DNA of 64,000 nt from a bacterium (GTDB lineage: Bacteria > UBA8248 > JACPRG01 > G963555815). Below the pieces are notes generated by a model. It searched no databases. It saw nothing but the letters and a program-made list of their open reading frames with translations, and was not told where the DNA came from. How positions within the stretch are numbered: the stretch's first letter is position 1; each line of letters begins with the position of its first letter. Position numbers and translations under genes: made by a program. Location of the stretch: NCBI GenBank assembly GCA_965218795.1, contig OZ244653.1, forward strand, positions 864,001 to 928,000, written 5' to 3'. Positions 9,042 through 20,429 of this stretch are shown here, in pieces.

Positions 9042-11705
9042 TCACTCTTTCGCCCTCCCCTTACCGTTCTGGACACCTCCTTCGGGGTTTTTCAACTGCG
9101 CCCGGGCCGCCGACAGCCTGGCGATGGAAACACGGTAGGGAGAGCAGCTCACATAATCCAGCTTGGCGTTATAGAAAAACTCGACGGACGAGGGTTCGCC
9201 GCCGTGCTCGCCGCAGATGCCGATCTTGAGGTCCGGTCGGGCCGACCGCCCTCGCTCGACACCCATCTCGACCATGCCTCCGACGCCTACCGGGTCGATG
9301 GCCACGAACGGATCGCCCGCCAGAATCTCCCGCTCGACGTATCCCGGCAGAAAGCTGCCCGCATCGTCCCGGCTCAGGCCGTACACGGTCTGGGTGAGAT
9401 CGTTCGTCCCGAAAGAAAAGAATTCAGCGCGCTTGGCGATGGCATCGGCCACAATGCAGGCGCGCGGAAGCTCGACCATCGTACCGATGGTGTACTCGAC
9501 CTCCATACCCTGCGCCTGAAAGACCTTTTGGGCAGCCCGCTCGATCATTCCGGCGCATTCCTCCAGTTCAGACGCCTCGGCAACCAGAGGGACCATGATC
9601 TCCGGGACAGCCTTTTCCCCCTTTTTCTCCACCAGGCAGGCGGCCGTCAGGATCGCCTCGGCCTGCATCTCATAGACCTCGGGGAAGGAAATCCCGAGCC
9701 GGCACCCCCGGTGCCCAAGCATGGGATTGAACTCATGGTGCCTGTCCGTAATAGCCCGGATTTGCTCCAGAGAGAACTTTGTATCCTCGGCCACGGCCTT
9801 CATATCCTCTTCGGTCTTGGGGAGGAACTCGTGCAGGGGGGGGTCCAGCAGACGGATGGTCACCGGCAGACCGTCCATGACTTCGAAAATTTCTTCGAGA
9901 TCGGACACCTGCATCGGGAGGATCTTCGCCAGCGCACCCCGGCGCTCCTCATCCGTCCGGGCAAGAATCATCTCCCGGACGGCGTTGATCCGATCCCCTT
10001 CGAAGAACATGTGCTCCGTGCGGCAGAGGCCAATGCCCTCGGCTCCGTTTTCGCGTGACACCTTCGCGTCATGCGGCGTGTCGGCGTTCGCCCAGACTCC
10101 AAGCTTCCGAACCACGTCGGCCCATTCCAGCACCTTCGCGAATTCGCCCCCCAGCTTCGGTTCGACCAGCGGCGTTTCACCGAGAATGACCTCTCCCGTG
10201 GACCCGTTCAGCGTCAGGACGTCGCCTTCCTTCACCTCGACGGCTCCGTTCGTAAATTTCTTCCCGGCTTCGTCGACCGTGATCTCCTCGCACCCGACCA
10301 CGCAGCATTTCCCCATTCCCCGGGCGACCACCGCTGCATGGGAGGTCAACCCGCCACGGGAGGTCAGGATGGCCTCCGACGCGTGCATCCCGCCGATATC
10401 CTCCGGAGAGGTTTCCGTCCGGACGAGGATGACCTTCTCGTTTTGAGCCGCCATCTCCTCGGCCCGTTTGGCCGAAAAGGCCGCCCGGCCGACCGCGGCG
10501 CCGGGGGAGCCCGCCAGTCCCTTGGCGATGCTCTCAACCGATGCGTCCGGATCGATCCCAGGGTGGAGCAACTGCTCCATCTGGTTCGGGTCCAGACGCA
10601 AAAGGGCCTCGTCCCTGCCAATCAAGCCTTCGTCCACCATTTCGACGGCGATCCGGACGGCGGCGTTGGCCGTGCGCTTACCCGCGCGAGTTTGCAGCAT
10701 GTAAAGGTCGCCGTCCTGAATGGTGAACTCGATGTCCTGCATATCACGATAGTGCGACTCCAGCGTCTGATAAATATTTTCCAGCTGGCCATAGGGTTCG
10801 GGCATTTTCTCCGCCAGCCGCTCAATGGGCTCCGGGGTGCGGATTCCCGCGACCACGTCTTCCCCCTGGGCGTTGGCGAGGAATTCCCCGAAAAACTTTC
10901 GTTCTCCCGTCGAAGGATCCCGGGTGAAGGCGACGCCCGTCGCGGAGGTCGGGCCCAGGTTGCCGAACACCATGGTCTGGACGTTCACGGCCGTGCCCCA
11001 ATCATCCGGAATATCTTCGAATCGCCGGTAGGTGAAGGCGCGTTCCGAGTTCCAGGAGTCAAAGACGGCGTTGATGGCCAGTCGCAGCTGCGCGACAGGG
11101 ATCTGCGGGAAATCCTCACCTGTCGCTTTCCGGATGATCCCTTTGAATTCCTCCGTGAGCGCCTTGAGCCCATCGACGCTGATATCGGTATCCAGCTCGA
11201 CGCCTTCCTTCTCCTTGAGCGCCTCCAGGCGTTTTTCGAATCTGGAGAAATCGATTCCGAGCACAACGTCTCCGAACATGGTGAGGAACCGCCTGAAACT
11301 GTCGTAGGCGAAGCGCTCATTGTCCGACCGGGCCGCCAGGGCTCGAACGCTTTCATCGTTCAGGCCGAGGTTGAGGACGGTGTCCATCATCCCGGGCATG
11401 GACGTGCGCGCGCCCGACCGGACGGATACCAGCAGAGGGTTCTCCACGCTGCCGAGCTTGGCGCCCATAACGTCCTCCAGGCCGGCCAGATGCTCGACGA
11501 CCTCTTCCCACATGCCTTCCGGATATCGGCCGCCATTCCGGAAATAGTAGACGCACGCCTCGGTGCTGATCGTAAAACCCGGCGGGACGGGAATATCCAG
11601 GCTGGACATCTCGGCCAGATTGGCCCCCTTTCCGCCGAGAAGATTTCGCATCTCCGCGCTGCCTTCCGTTCTTCCCTTGCCGAAGGAATATACGTATTTG
11701 GCCAT
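9042..11705 (-). CDS. ppdK: Pyruvate, phosphate dikinase
   Basis: LLGGKGANLAEM, SMPGMMDT, GGLTSHAAVVARG (phospho-His), GLCRTEHMFF, SFGTNDLTQ, GICGEHGG. Confidence 0.98.
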   Translation of the reverse strand: MAKYVYSFGKGRTEGSAEMRNLLGGKGANLAEMSSLDIPVPPGFTISTEACVYYFRNGGRYPEGMWEEVVEHLAGLEDVMGAKLGSVENPLLVSVRSGARTSMPGMMDTVLNLGLNDESVRALAARSDNERFAYDSFRRFLTMFGDVVLGIDFSRFEKRLEALKEKEGVELDTDISVDGLKALTEEFKGIIRKATGEDFPQIPVAQLRLAINAVFDSWNSERAFTYRRFEDIPDDWGTAVNVQTMVFGNLGPTSATGVAFTRDPSTGERKFFGEFLANAQGEDVVAGIRTPEPIERLAEKMPEPYGQLENIYQTLESHYRDMQDIEFTIQDGDLYMLQTRAGKRTANAAVRIAVEMVDEGLIGRDEALLRLDPNQMEQLLHPGIDPDASVESIAKGLAGSPGAAVGRAAFSAKRAEEMAAQNEKVILVRTETSPEDIGGMHASEAILTSRGGLTSHAAVVARGMGKCCVVGCEEITVDEAGKKFTNGAVEVKEGDVLTLNGSTGEVILGETPLVEPKLGGEFAKVLEWADVVRKLGVWANADTPHDAKVSRENGAEGIGLCRTEHMFFEGDRINAVREMILARTDEERRGALAKILPMQVSDLEEIFEVMDGLPVTIRLLDPPLHEFLPKTEEDMKAVAEDTKFSLEQIRAITDRHHEFNPMLGHRGCRLGISFPEVYEMQAEAILTAACLVEKKGEKAVPEIMVPLVAEASELEECAGMIERAAQKVFQAQGMEVEYTIGTMVELPRACIVADAIAKRAEFFSFGTNDLTQTVYGLSRDDAGSFLPGYVEREILAGDPFVAIDPVGVGGMVEMGVERGRSARPDLKIGICGEHGGEPSSVEFFYNAKLDYVSCSPYRVSIARLSAARAQLKNPEGGVQNGKGRAKE

Positions 11706-11908
11706 TTTGCTCGTTCGCTCCTATACAGAACCGGCCGAACCAGCGAGAGCACTGACACAGCGGGTGAATATCAATACTTTTTTCCAATCTCGTTTGATAC
11801 CTTCAACACGTAAACCACTCATTCATAGCAGAACATCGAACACCTTTGGATCAAGCCTGACCCACTTGCGGGAACAGAAACGGAAGGTCGGAGGCAGGTC
11901 CGAATCCC

Positions 11909-13990
11909 TCAATGGGGGACGATCTTTGTGAAATCCGCTATTCGCGCGAACAGAAGACCGATTGCGGAAAGCAACCCCAGCCGATTGTTTCTCAGCGTTT
12001 CATCCTTGTCCATGACAAGCACGTCGTCGAAAAACCGATCAACGGCCGGACGCAAGCCGGCGATTTCGCACAAGGCTGCCGCATAGTCTTCTCTTTCCAG
12101 TAGTTTCGAGATGTTCTCGGCTCTTTCAGAGTAAATCGCGTATAGCGATTGTTCGGCCTCTTCCTTGAGATATTTGGATTCAACAGTGGGTACTTCGCCG
12201 CCCGGAATGATGTTCATCACACGTTTGAAGGTTGTCGTCAAAGGTTCGAAATCGGCATCGGTCGATATCGCCGCCAAGGCGTCCAGCCGGTTTCGGATGT
12301 CCACCACGTCCCGCCGCCCGGAGCGCGCTTGGAGGACAGACCGGACGAGATCCACCCGGTACCCCTCCGCAAGAAGGAGATTCTCAAGCCGGGACGCGAG
12401 GAATTCCCAGGATTTTTCGGCCAGAGCAGCGGGGTCGCTCTGATTCAATTGATCTGCCAGGGGCTCGGCCGCGGCCTGAATCAGCTCGCCCATGTCGATC
12501 CGGGAGCCGCGCTCCGACAGGGTTCCCAATACTCCGCGGGCGGCCCTTCGGAGCCCGTAAGGATCCTCGGAGCCGGACGGCAGGGTCCCCAGGCCCGCGT
12601 ACCCGACGATCGTATCCAGCTTGTCCGCAATGGCGACGAAGGAGGCCGGGCCCGCCGAGGGGTATCCGTCCTCGGCGCCCCTGGGTTTGTAATGCTCATC
12701 GATCGCGCGGCAGACCTCTTCCTCCTCTCCCCCCTTGAGGGCGTATTCCCTGCCCATGATCCCCTGCAGCTCGGGAAATTCATAGACCATCCGGGTTTCC
12801 AGGTCGGCCTTGCAGAGCCAGGCGGCCCGAACGGTCGATTTCGAGGCTTCCGGCTCAAGCCGATCGGCCAGCCATTGACTCAGCCGGACAACCCTCTCGA
12901 CCTTCTCGAAGGAAGTACCCAAATCCTTTTGAAAAATAACGCCTTTTAATGACTCGACATAATCCTCCAAGGGACGCTTCAGGTCCTCCCGGTAGAAGTA
13001 ATCGGCATCGGCGAGACGGGCCCTGAGGACCCGCTCATTCCCGGCGCGGATGGCGTCCGGTTCGTCGGCCCGGGTATTGCTGACGGCTACAAAGTTCGGC
13101 AGGAGATTTCCCTTCTCATCCACGATGGAAAAATATCGCTGGTGATGCTTCATGGCGGTGATCAGCACTTCACGGGGCAGATTCAGATAATCGGCCTCGA
13201 TCCGACCCAGTACCGGGGTCGGATACTCGACCAGGCCGGCCACATCTTCCAGCAGCTCCCCATCCTCAAGGATTTCTCCCCCAGCTTCCCTTGCGACTGC
13301 CTGGCAAAGCTGGCTGATGAGGGCCATGCGCTCTTCGGGATCGACAATCACGAACCGATCACGGGCATCGTCGATAAAAGACTCCGCCCTTTTCACCTCG
13401 AAGTCCTCGGGGGCCATGAACCGGTGCCCGCGGGAATGAATTCCGCTGCGGATGCCGCCAACCTCGAAGGATATGAGGACGCCCCCGTAGAGGGCGACCA
13501 TCCAATGAATCGGCCGCGCAAAGCGAAAGTCGCCTTCTCCCCAGCGCATGGACTTGGGAAATCCCAGCCCGAAAATCAGGTCGGCAAGCAGGGAGGGCAG
13601 AATCTCTTCCGCCATTCCGCCTTCTTCTTTGCGCAGGGCGGCGACGTACTCTCCCTTCCCGGTCTCGACCGTGAGCAGGGATTCGACGTCCACTCCCTGC
13701 CCTTTCGCGAAGCCGACGGCGGCCTTCGTGGGTTTGCCCGCCTCATCAAAGGCCACGCGCTTGGCCGGGCCTATCACCTGCTCTTCCAGCGGTTCCTGCC
13801 GCTCCGCAACCCCATCGACGGCCAGGACAAGCCGGCGGGGCGTGCCGAGGGCGCATATCTCGCCGTGAGACAGCCGGGCCCCTGCGAGAGCCCCCTCCGC
13901 GAGCCTCCGAAGATCCTCAAAGGCGCGGGTGAAAAACCTCGAAGGGATTTCCTCAGTGCCGATTTCCAGGAAAAGCTCTTTGGGAGACAT
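11909..13990 (-). CDS. glyS: Glycine--tRNA ligase beta subunit
   Basis: LFLEIGTEEIP, TPRRL, PKSMRW, GNERVLRARLADA, EFPELQG, GSEDPYGLRR. Confidence 0.97.
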   Translation of the reverse strand: MSPKELFLEIGTEEIPSRFFTRAFEDLRRLAEGALAGARLSHGEICALGTPRRLVLAVDGVAERQEPLEEQVIGPAKRVAFDEAGKPTKAAVGFAKGQGVDVESLLTVETGKGEYVAALRKEEGGMAEEILPSLLADLIFGLGFPKSMRWGEGDFRFARPIHWMVALYGGVLISFEVGGIRSGIHSRGHRFMAPEDFEVKRAESFIDDARDRFVIVDPEERMALISQLCQAVAREAGGEILEDGELLEDVAGLVEYPTPVLGRIEADYLNLPREVLITAMKHHQRYFSIVDEKGNLLPNFVAVSNTRADEPDAIRAGNERVLRARLADADYFYREDLKRPLEDYVESLKGVIFQKDLGTSFEKVERVVRLSQWLADRLEPEASKSTVRAAWLCKADLETRMVYEFPELQGIMGREYALKGGEEEEVCRAIDEHYKPRGAEDGYPSAGPASFVAIADKLDTIVGYAGLGTLPSGSEDPYGLRRAARGVLGTLSERGSRIDMGELIQAAAEPLADQLNQSDPAALAEKSWEFLASRLENLLLAEGYRVDLVRSVLQARSGRRDVVDIRNRLDALAAISTDADFEPLTTTFKRVMNIIPGGEVPTVESKYLKEEAEQSLYAIYSERAENISKLLEREDYAAALCEIAGLRPAVDRFFDDVLVMDKDETLRNNRLGLLSAIGLLFARIADFTKIVPH

Positions 13991-14090
13991 CGTTATCCAA
14001 TGAATGGGCGCCCCTATCGGGAGACAGAATCCGAGACTACCCCCGAATCGGGCTCAGGCAAATGGTGCACGTGGAAACGAATGGAGCGGC

Positions 14091-15023
<933 letters not shown>

Positions 15024-15033
15024 TATCTTGGTC

Positions 15034-16677
15034 TCAGGATTTCGGCCGGCGGGCCCTGGTTCCGGCCAGCCGTTTCTTCTTCGGTTTCCGCGCGGATACG
15101 GCGGGCCTTCGATTCCCCTTGGCGAGCTTGTATTCGAAACTGTCCACCAGGGCCTCCCATGAGGCTTCGATGATGTTGGGGGAGACGCCGACCGTGCCCC
15201 ATCTGGAGTCGTGATCGCTCGATTCGATGAGGACCCGGGTCGTCGCTTGCGTTGCGGCCGACTCGTTCAGGATCCGGACCTTATAGTCAATCAGCTCGGT
15301 TTCCGACAGGCGGGGATAAAACTTTTCCAGGGCTTTTCGCAGCGCGTTGTTCAAGGCATCCACCGGCCCGTTGCCTTCGGATGCGGTGTGCTCCAGCCTT
15401 CCTTCAACGGCCACCTGGATTGTGGCTTCCGCACGTGCGGGCGAGACTTCGTCCAGCTTTTCGACCGTCACGCGGTATCCGACGAGGTCAAAGAACTTCT
15501 TCCGCTGCCCTTTGGCCTTTTTTATGAGGAGCTCGAAGGATCCCTCGGCGGCTTCGAACTGGTAGCCTTGATTTTCCAGGTCCTTCAGCTGTTTGACGAT
15601 CTCCATCGTCTCGGGATCCTGCGCATCCAGATCGATCCCGAACTCCTTCGCTTTGTAGACCACGTTGGCGCGCCCTGACAGGTCCGAAATCAGGACCCGA
15701 CGGTGATTGCCGACTTCCTCGGGCGGCAGATGCTCGTAGGTGTTCGGGTCGCGCAGGACGGCCTGGACGTGGACCCCGCCCTTGTGGGCGAAGGCGCTGT
15801 TGCCGACGAACGGCTGGTGCGTATCGGCTCTGCGATTGGCCAATTCGTCCACGAAGTGGGACACCTCACGCACCTTGCGCAACTGGGCGGAGGTCATGCA
15901 CCGGTAGCCCATCTTGAGCTGGAGGTCGGGAAGGACGGAGCTCAGGTTCGCGTTTCCGCAGCGCTCCCCGTACCCGTTGATGCAGCCCTGAACGTGAACG
16001 GCTCCCCGTTCGACAGCCGCCAGGGTATTGGCGACCGCCAGCTCGGAATCGTTGTGGGTATGAATGCCCAGCGCCGTCGATACGGTTTCTTTTGCGGCCT
16101 CAATCCCCGCGACAATCTGAGAAGGGAGCGCGCCCCCGTTGGTATCGCAAAGAACGATACAATCCGCCCCGCCGGCTTCCGCCGCGCGAATGGTCTTCAG
16201 GGCGTATTCGGGATTCCGCCGATAGCCGTCGAAGAAATGCTCGGCATCATAGACGACCTCATCGCAGCGCTTCTTCAGATAGCCGACCGAATCCTGGATC
16301 AATTTGAGGTTTTTCGACAAACTCGTGCGCAACGCCTTCTGAACATGGAAGTCCCACGACTTTCCGAAGATCGTGACGACGGGGGTTTCCGCCTTCAGGA
16401 GGGCGATGATATTGGGGTCCTTGCCCACCCTGTTGCCCGCCCGCCGCGTGCTGCCGAATGCGGCGATGCGGGCTTGGCGCAGCTTCAGCTTTTTGGCCGC
16501 GTCAAAGAAACCCATATCCTTGGGATTGGAGCCCGGCCAGCCCCCCTCAATGTAACCGATCCCCAGGGTGTCCAGCTTCTCCGCAATCCGGAGCTTGTCT
16601 TCGATGGAAAAAGCGATTTCCTCTCCCTGGGTCCCGTCCCGAAGGGTGCAGTCGTATATGGCGATCCGCTGGGTCAT
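15034..16677 (-). CDS. cimA: Citramalate synthase (LeuA/CimA family)
   Basis: [47 protein letters not shown]; C-terminal regulatory domain. Confidence 0.92.
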   Translation of the reverse strand: MTQRIAIYDCTLRDGTQGEEIAFSIEDKLRIAEKLDTLGIGYIEGGWPGSNPKDMGFFDAAKKLKLRQARIAAFGSTRRAGNRVGKDPNIIALLKAETPVVTIFGKSWDFHVQKALRTSLSKNLKLIQDSVGYLKKRCDEVVYDAEHFFDGYRRNPEYALKTIRAAEAGGADCIVLCDTNGGALPSQIVAGIEAAKETVSTALGIHTHNDSELAVANTLAAVERGAVHVQGCINGYGERCGNANLSSVLPDLQLKMGYRCMTSAQLRKVREVSHFVDELANRRADTHQPFVGNSAFAHKGGVHVQAVLRDPNTYEHLPPEEVGNHRRVLISDLSGRANVVYKAKEFGIDLDAQDPETMEIVKQLKDLENQGYQFEAAEGSFELLIKKAKGQRKKFFDLVGYRVTVEKLDEVSPARAEATIQVAVEGRLEHTASEGNGPVDALNNALRKALEKFYPRLSETELIDYKVRILNESAATQATTRVLIESSDHDSRWGTVGVSPNIIEASWEALVDSFEYKLAKGNRRPAVSARKPKKKRLAGTRARRPKS

Positions 16678-16728
16678 TGTTCATCCCTGTCGAGCCGGAC
16701 TGTCTGCGGACGGCACGGCGAAATTTCC

Positions 16729-17961
16729 TCAGCTTCGCCCATCGGACCCTTTTTCCAGGCCGAAGGCCTCATGGAGAGATCGGACGGCCAGCTCCGCATA
16801 CTTGGAGTCGACGACGCACGAAACCAGGATCTCCGAGGTGCTGATCATGGAAATGTTGACCCCGAGATCGGCCAGCGTGCCGAACATCTTGGCGGCGATC
16901 CCGGAGTGGCTCCTCATTCCGATTCCAACGATGGACACCTTGGCAATCTGATCGTTCGTCTTGATGGCGCACGCCCCCAGCTCCCGGCTTGTGGAATCCA
17001 TGATTTTCCGGGCCAGGGGAAGAGAGTCGAGCGGTACGGTGAACGAGATGTCCGCCGCGTCGTCGGATCCGACGTTCTGGACGATCATGTCCACCACGAT
17101 ACCGGCCTCCGCCAGATCGCCGAACAGCTTTCCGGCGATGCCGGGCCGATCGTGAATACCTTCGAGGGTGACCTGGGCCTGTTTTCGGTCGCAGTTGACG
17201 GCCGAGACCACAACGCCTTCCATGCCTTCATCATCTTGGGTGACCACGGTTCCTTCCTCGTCCGTAAAAGAAGAGCGAACTTCCATCTCCACTTCGTATT
17301 TTTTTGCGAACTCCACTGAGCGGGCCTGAAGAACTTTGGCCCCCAACCCCGCCATCTCCAGCATCTCATCATAGGATATCCGGGGTATCTTTCGCGCCTC
17401 GGGAACGATCCGAGGATCGGCGGTGAAGACTCCCGGAACGTCGGTCAGAATCTGGCACAGATCGGCCCTCAGGGCGGCCGCCAGGGCGACTGCCGTCAGG
17501 TCTGATCCGCCCCGGCCGAGCGTCGTCACGTCGCGGTCATCGCCGACCCCCTGAAAACCGGCCACCACGGGGACTCGGTTTTCCTTTAAGGCGTCGACGA
17601 TCTCGTCGGCCACGACCGTGCGGATCCGGGCCGATGTATGCGTCCCGGTCGTCCGGATTCCGGCGCGGAGCCCGGTGAACGACAGCGCGGCATGACCGGC
17701 GGCGTTCAGGGCGATGGCCAACAGCGAGCTGGTGACCCGCTCTCCGGAGGAGAGCAGGTAATCCATCTCCCGCTGGTTCGGAACCTCCGCCAGCTGATGG
17801 GCCAAGCCGACCAGCTTGTCCGTCTCGCCCGCCATGGCCGAAACCACGACAACGACTTGGTGCCCCTCGTCGATCGTCCGCCCTACGCGAGACGCCACGC
17901 TGCTGATGCGGTCAAGGTCCCCGACGGAGGTGCCCCCGTATTTTTGAACCAGAAGAGCCAT
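16729..17961 (-). CDS. lysC: Aspartate kinase
   Basis: [27 protein letters not shown]; two ACT domains; ISTSEI. Confidence 0.97.
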   Translation of the reverse strand: MALLVQKYGGTSVGDLDRISSVASRVGRTIDEGHQVVVVVSAMAGETDKLVGLAHQLAEVPNQREMDYLLSSGERVTSSLLAIALNAAGHAALSFTGLRAGIRTTGTHTSARIRTVVADEIVDALKENRVPVVAGFQGVGDDRDVTTLGRGGSDLTAVALAAALRADLCQILTDVPGVFTADPRIVPEARKIPRISYDEMLEMAGLGAKVLQARSVEFAKKYEVEMEVRSSFTDEEGTVVTQDDEGMEGVVVSAVNCDRKQAQVTLEGIHDRPGIAGKLFGDLAEAGIVVDMIVQNVGSDDAADISFTVPLDSLPLARKIMDSTSRELGACAIKTNDQIAKVSIVGIGMRSHSGIAAKMFGTLADLGVNISMISTSEILVSCVVDSKYAELAVRSLHEAFGLEKGSDGRS

Positions 17962-18067
17962 GCTTCACGAGCCGCTCGAATTCATTCAATCCAGGAATAC
18001 CGCCGATGTTCCCAGGGCGGCGTTTTGTCATTCCCTCCGGAAGGTTCCTGTATCGCCCTTGTACTAC

Positions 18068-19258
18068 CTATTCCCCGCTATTCAACAGACAAGGCAACAG
18101 CCTCGATCCTTCCGTCAGTCGGACGCTTCCGCGAACCAGAAGCCGCTCGTCGAACTCCTTCCCCCGATCGGCGTCAACGCCGCTTCCGCAGAATGCGAGC
18201 GGCACGGGCGCGGCCGCGTGCTGTCCGTCAACCGGACTCGTTCGGTGGTCCGCCAGGACAGCCATCCTGTAATCGCCGAAGGAAGCCGCCCGCTCCTGAA
18301 GGGCGCCCGCAAGCGAATCGAACTGCTCGATCATCGCCACTTTCATTTCCGGGTTCATTTGATGCGCCGCTCTGTCCCCCGCGTCGCAATGGACGAAAAG
18401 GACATCGGCCGATTGGAGATAGCCGCCGGCCGCCTCCGCCCACGGTCCAGGGACAACCCCGCCATCGGGCGCTTCCACAACGTCCATTTCACAGGAGACC
18501 GCAATTCCCCGAAGGGCGGCGGACTTCGTCAGGATGCCGCCCACCCTCCCCCACCGCTCCGAAAAGCCGCCGCCGCGATCGACCCGCTCGCCGGCGCCGT
18601 AGGCCCAAATGCTGTTGACGGCGGTCCGCCCGGTATTTCTGCGCTCTGCATTGTCGGGATGGGCGGCGAGCACCATCTGCGCGCTGTTGTAGATCTGGTC
18701 AAGCTCACGGCTGCGCTCACCCCGGGGCATGGCGTCCTTGACCTCCGCCCCCAGAATGCGATGCGTCGGCGTCAGATCCAAATCCCGTGCCCCGTTCCTC
18801 CACAGCATGAGACCCCGGTATTCACTGACGTGATGAAAAATCAGCTCGCCGTTACCGAGAGCCTCCTGGAGGCTTTCGACGTACGGCCGTCCCTCCTCAT
18901 CGCTTTCGATCCCAGCCGTATGGTCGGCGAGGATCAGGCGCTGATAGTCGGTGAACAGGTGGACGAGGTTGAAGTGAAACGCCACTTGGTCTTCCTCGAC
19001 CGGACGCCCCGACCCCAGCGCCTCGAGCGGACCCCGGGGCATCCCCTCCGTCAGAGACCCCAACCCGAGCAGATTCGCCAGAGCCGTCTCGGAGACCGGC
19101 TCCCGGCCCTCTGCGATGGTCTGGACCATCCCCGTCTTTCCCGCTGCGGCGATGCGATCCAGATTCGGCGTTTCGGCGGCTTCCAGGGGGGAGCGGTTGC
19201 CGATGGCCTCGAGCGCCTCATCGGGCATACCACCGCCAAGCAAGACCAGAACCTTCAC
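18068..19258 (-). CDS. apgM: ApgM-like cofactor-independent phosphoglycerate mutase family protein (proposed homoserine kinase type)
   Basis: PLEAAETPNLDRIA, RGPLEA, NSIWAYGAG, FVHCDAGDRAAH, LADH, HAAAPVP; located between thrC and lysC. Confidence 0.8.
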   Translation of the reverse strand: MKVLVLLGGGMPDEALEAIGNRSPLEAAETPNLDRIAAAGKTGMVQTIAEGREPVSETALANLLGLGSLTEGMPRGPLEALGSGRPVEEDQVAFHFNLVHLFTDYQRLILADHTAGIESDEEGRPYVESLQEALGNGELIFHHVSEYRGLMLWRNGARDLDLTPTHRILGAEVKDAMPRGERSRELDQIYNSAQMVLAAHPDNAERRNTGRTAVNSIWAYGAGERVDRGGGFSERWGRVGGILTKSAALRGIAVSCEMDVVEAPDGGVVPGPWAEAAGGYLQSADVLFVHCDAGDRAAHQMNPEMKVAMIEQFDSLAGALQERAASFGDYRMAVLADHRTSPVDGQHAAAPVPLAFCGSGVDADRGKEFDERLLVRGSVRLTEGSRLLPCLLNSGE

Positions 19259-19262
19259 CGGC

Positions 19263-20429
19263 TCAATTTCCTTCCCCGCCGGACGCCTTTTCCAGTCCCA
19301 GGCATTCCACCACCGGCTGAAGTCTGGCTTCCACGGTTGCGGGCTGCCGACTCATCCGGATGACGCTGTCGGGGTCTTTGAGGCCATGGCCGGTCAGGGT
19401 ACAAACGACCTCCGCGTCGGGCGGAATCCGTCCGGCCTCCGCATCCTTCAGCAGACCCGCCACCGACGCCGCTGACGCCGGCTCGCAGAAGATTCCCTCG
19501 GACGAGGCCAGAAGGCGGTAGGCGTTCAGAATCTCGTCATCGGACACCATGTCGATGCGCCCTCCGGATTCCTCCTCCGCCGCCACCGCGCCTTTCCAGC
19601 TCGCCGGATGACCGATTCGGATGGCGGTCGCGAAGGTTTCCGGGTTCTCGACGATGTGCCCCCTCACAATGGGCGCCGCCCCCTCCGCCTGCCAGCCCCG
19701 CATCTCGGGAGCGGAGGCAATGAGGCCCTCGTGCAAAAACTGGCTGTACCCCATCCAGTAGGCTGTAATATTCCCGGCGTTGCCCACCGGAATGTAGTGA
19801 AGGTCCGGCGCGCGGCCGCCCAGTTGCTCGCAAATTTCGAACGCGGCCGTCTTTTGCCCTTCCAGCCGATACGGATTGAGGGAATTGACGAGCGTGACGG
19901 CGTACTCCTCGCAGAGACCGCGGACCAGGTCCAGAGCCTGGTCGAAGCTCCCCTCGATTTGAACGACATCGGCCGAATGGATAATGGCCTGCGTCAACTT
20001 GCCCAGCGCGATTTTCCCGCGGGGGATCAGGACGACGCAGCGAAGCCCCGCCTTGGCGGCATACGCGGCCGCCGATGCCGACGTGTTTCCCGTCGATGCG
20101 CAGATCACCGCCTGCGCGCCCTCCTCAACGGCCTTCGAGACTGCAAGCGTCATCCCCCGGTCCTTGAAGGAGCCTGTCGGATTGAGGCCCTCCAGCTTCA
20201 GCAGGATCTCCGACTTCAGGCCCAGGCGATCAGCGAGACGCCGCGCCGGCACGATAGGCGTGTTTCCTTCCTGAAGCGTCACCACAGGGGTGGATTTGGA
20301 GACGGGCAGGTGGTTCTTGTATTGCCGGATGACGCCCGGCCAGGAGTCCAGGGCGGTGGTGGGTGCACCCAGTGACGCGGCGTCATCCAAGGGCATGCCG
20401 CCGGGCAGCGAGGGCTCGGTGGACATCAC
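19263..20429 (-). CDS. thrC: Threonine synthase
   Basis: EGLNPTGSFKDRG (PLP Lys), CASTGNTS, PVGNAGN, FCEPASAA, LTGHGLKD. Confidence 0.97.
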   Translation of the reverse strand: MMSTEPSLPGGMPLDDAASLGAPTTALDSWPGVIRQYKNHLPVSKSTPVVTLQEGNTPIVPARRLADRLGLKSEILLKLEGLNPTGSFKDRGMTLAVSKAVEEGAQAVICASTGNTSASAAAYAAKAGLRCVVLIPRGKIALGKLTQAIIHSADVVQIEGSFDQALDLVRGLCEEYAVTLVNSLNPYRLEGQKTAAFEICEQLGGRAPDLHYIPVGNAGNITAYWMGYSQFLHEGLIASAPEMRGWQAEGAAPIVRGHIVENPETFATAIRIGHPASWKGAVAAEEESGGRIDMVSDDEILNAYRLLASSEGIFCEPASAASVAGLLKDAEAGRIPPDAEVVCTLTGHGLKDPDSVIRMSRQPATVEARLQPVVECLGLEKASGGEGN

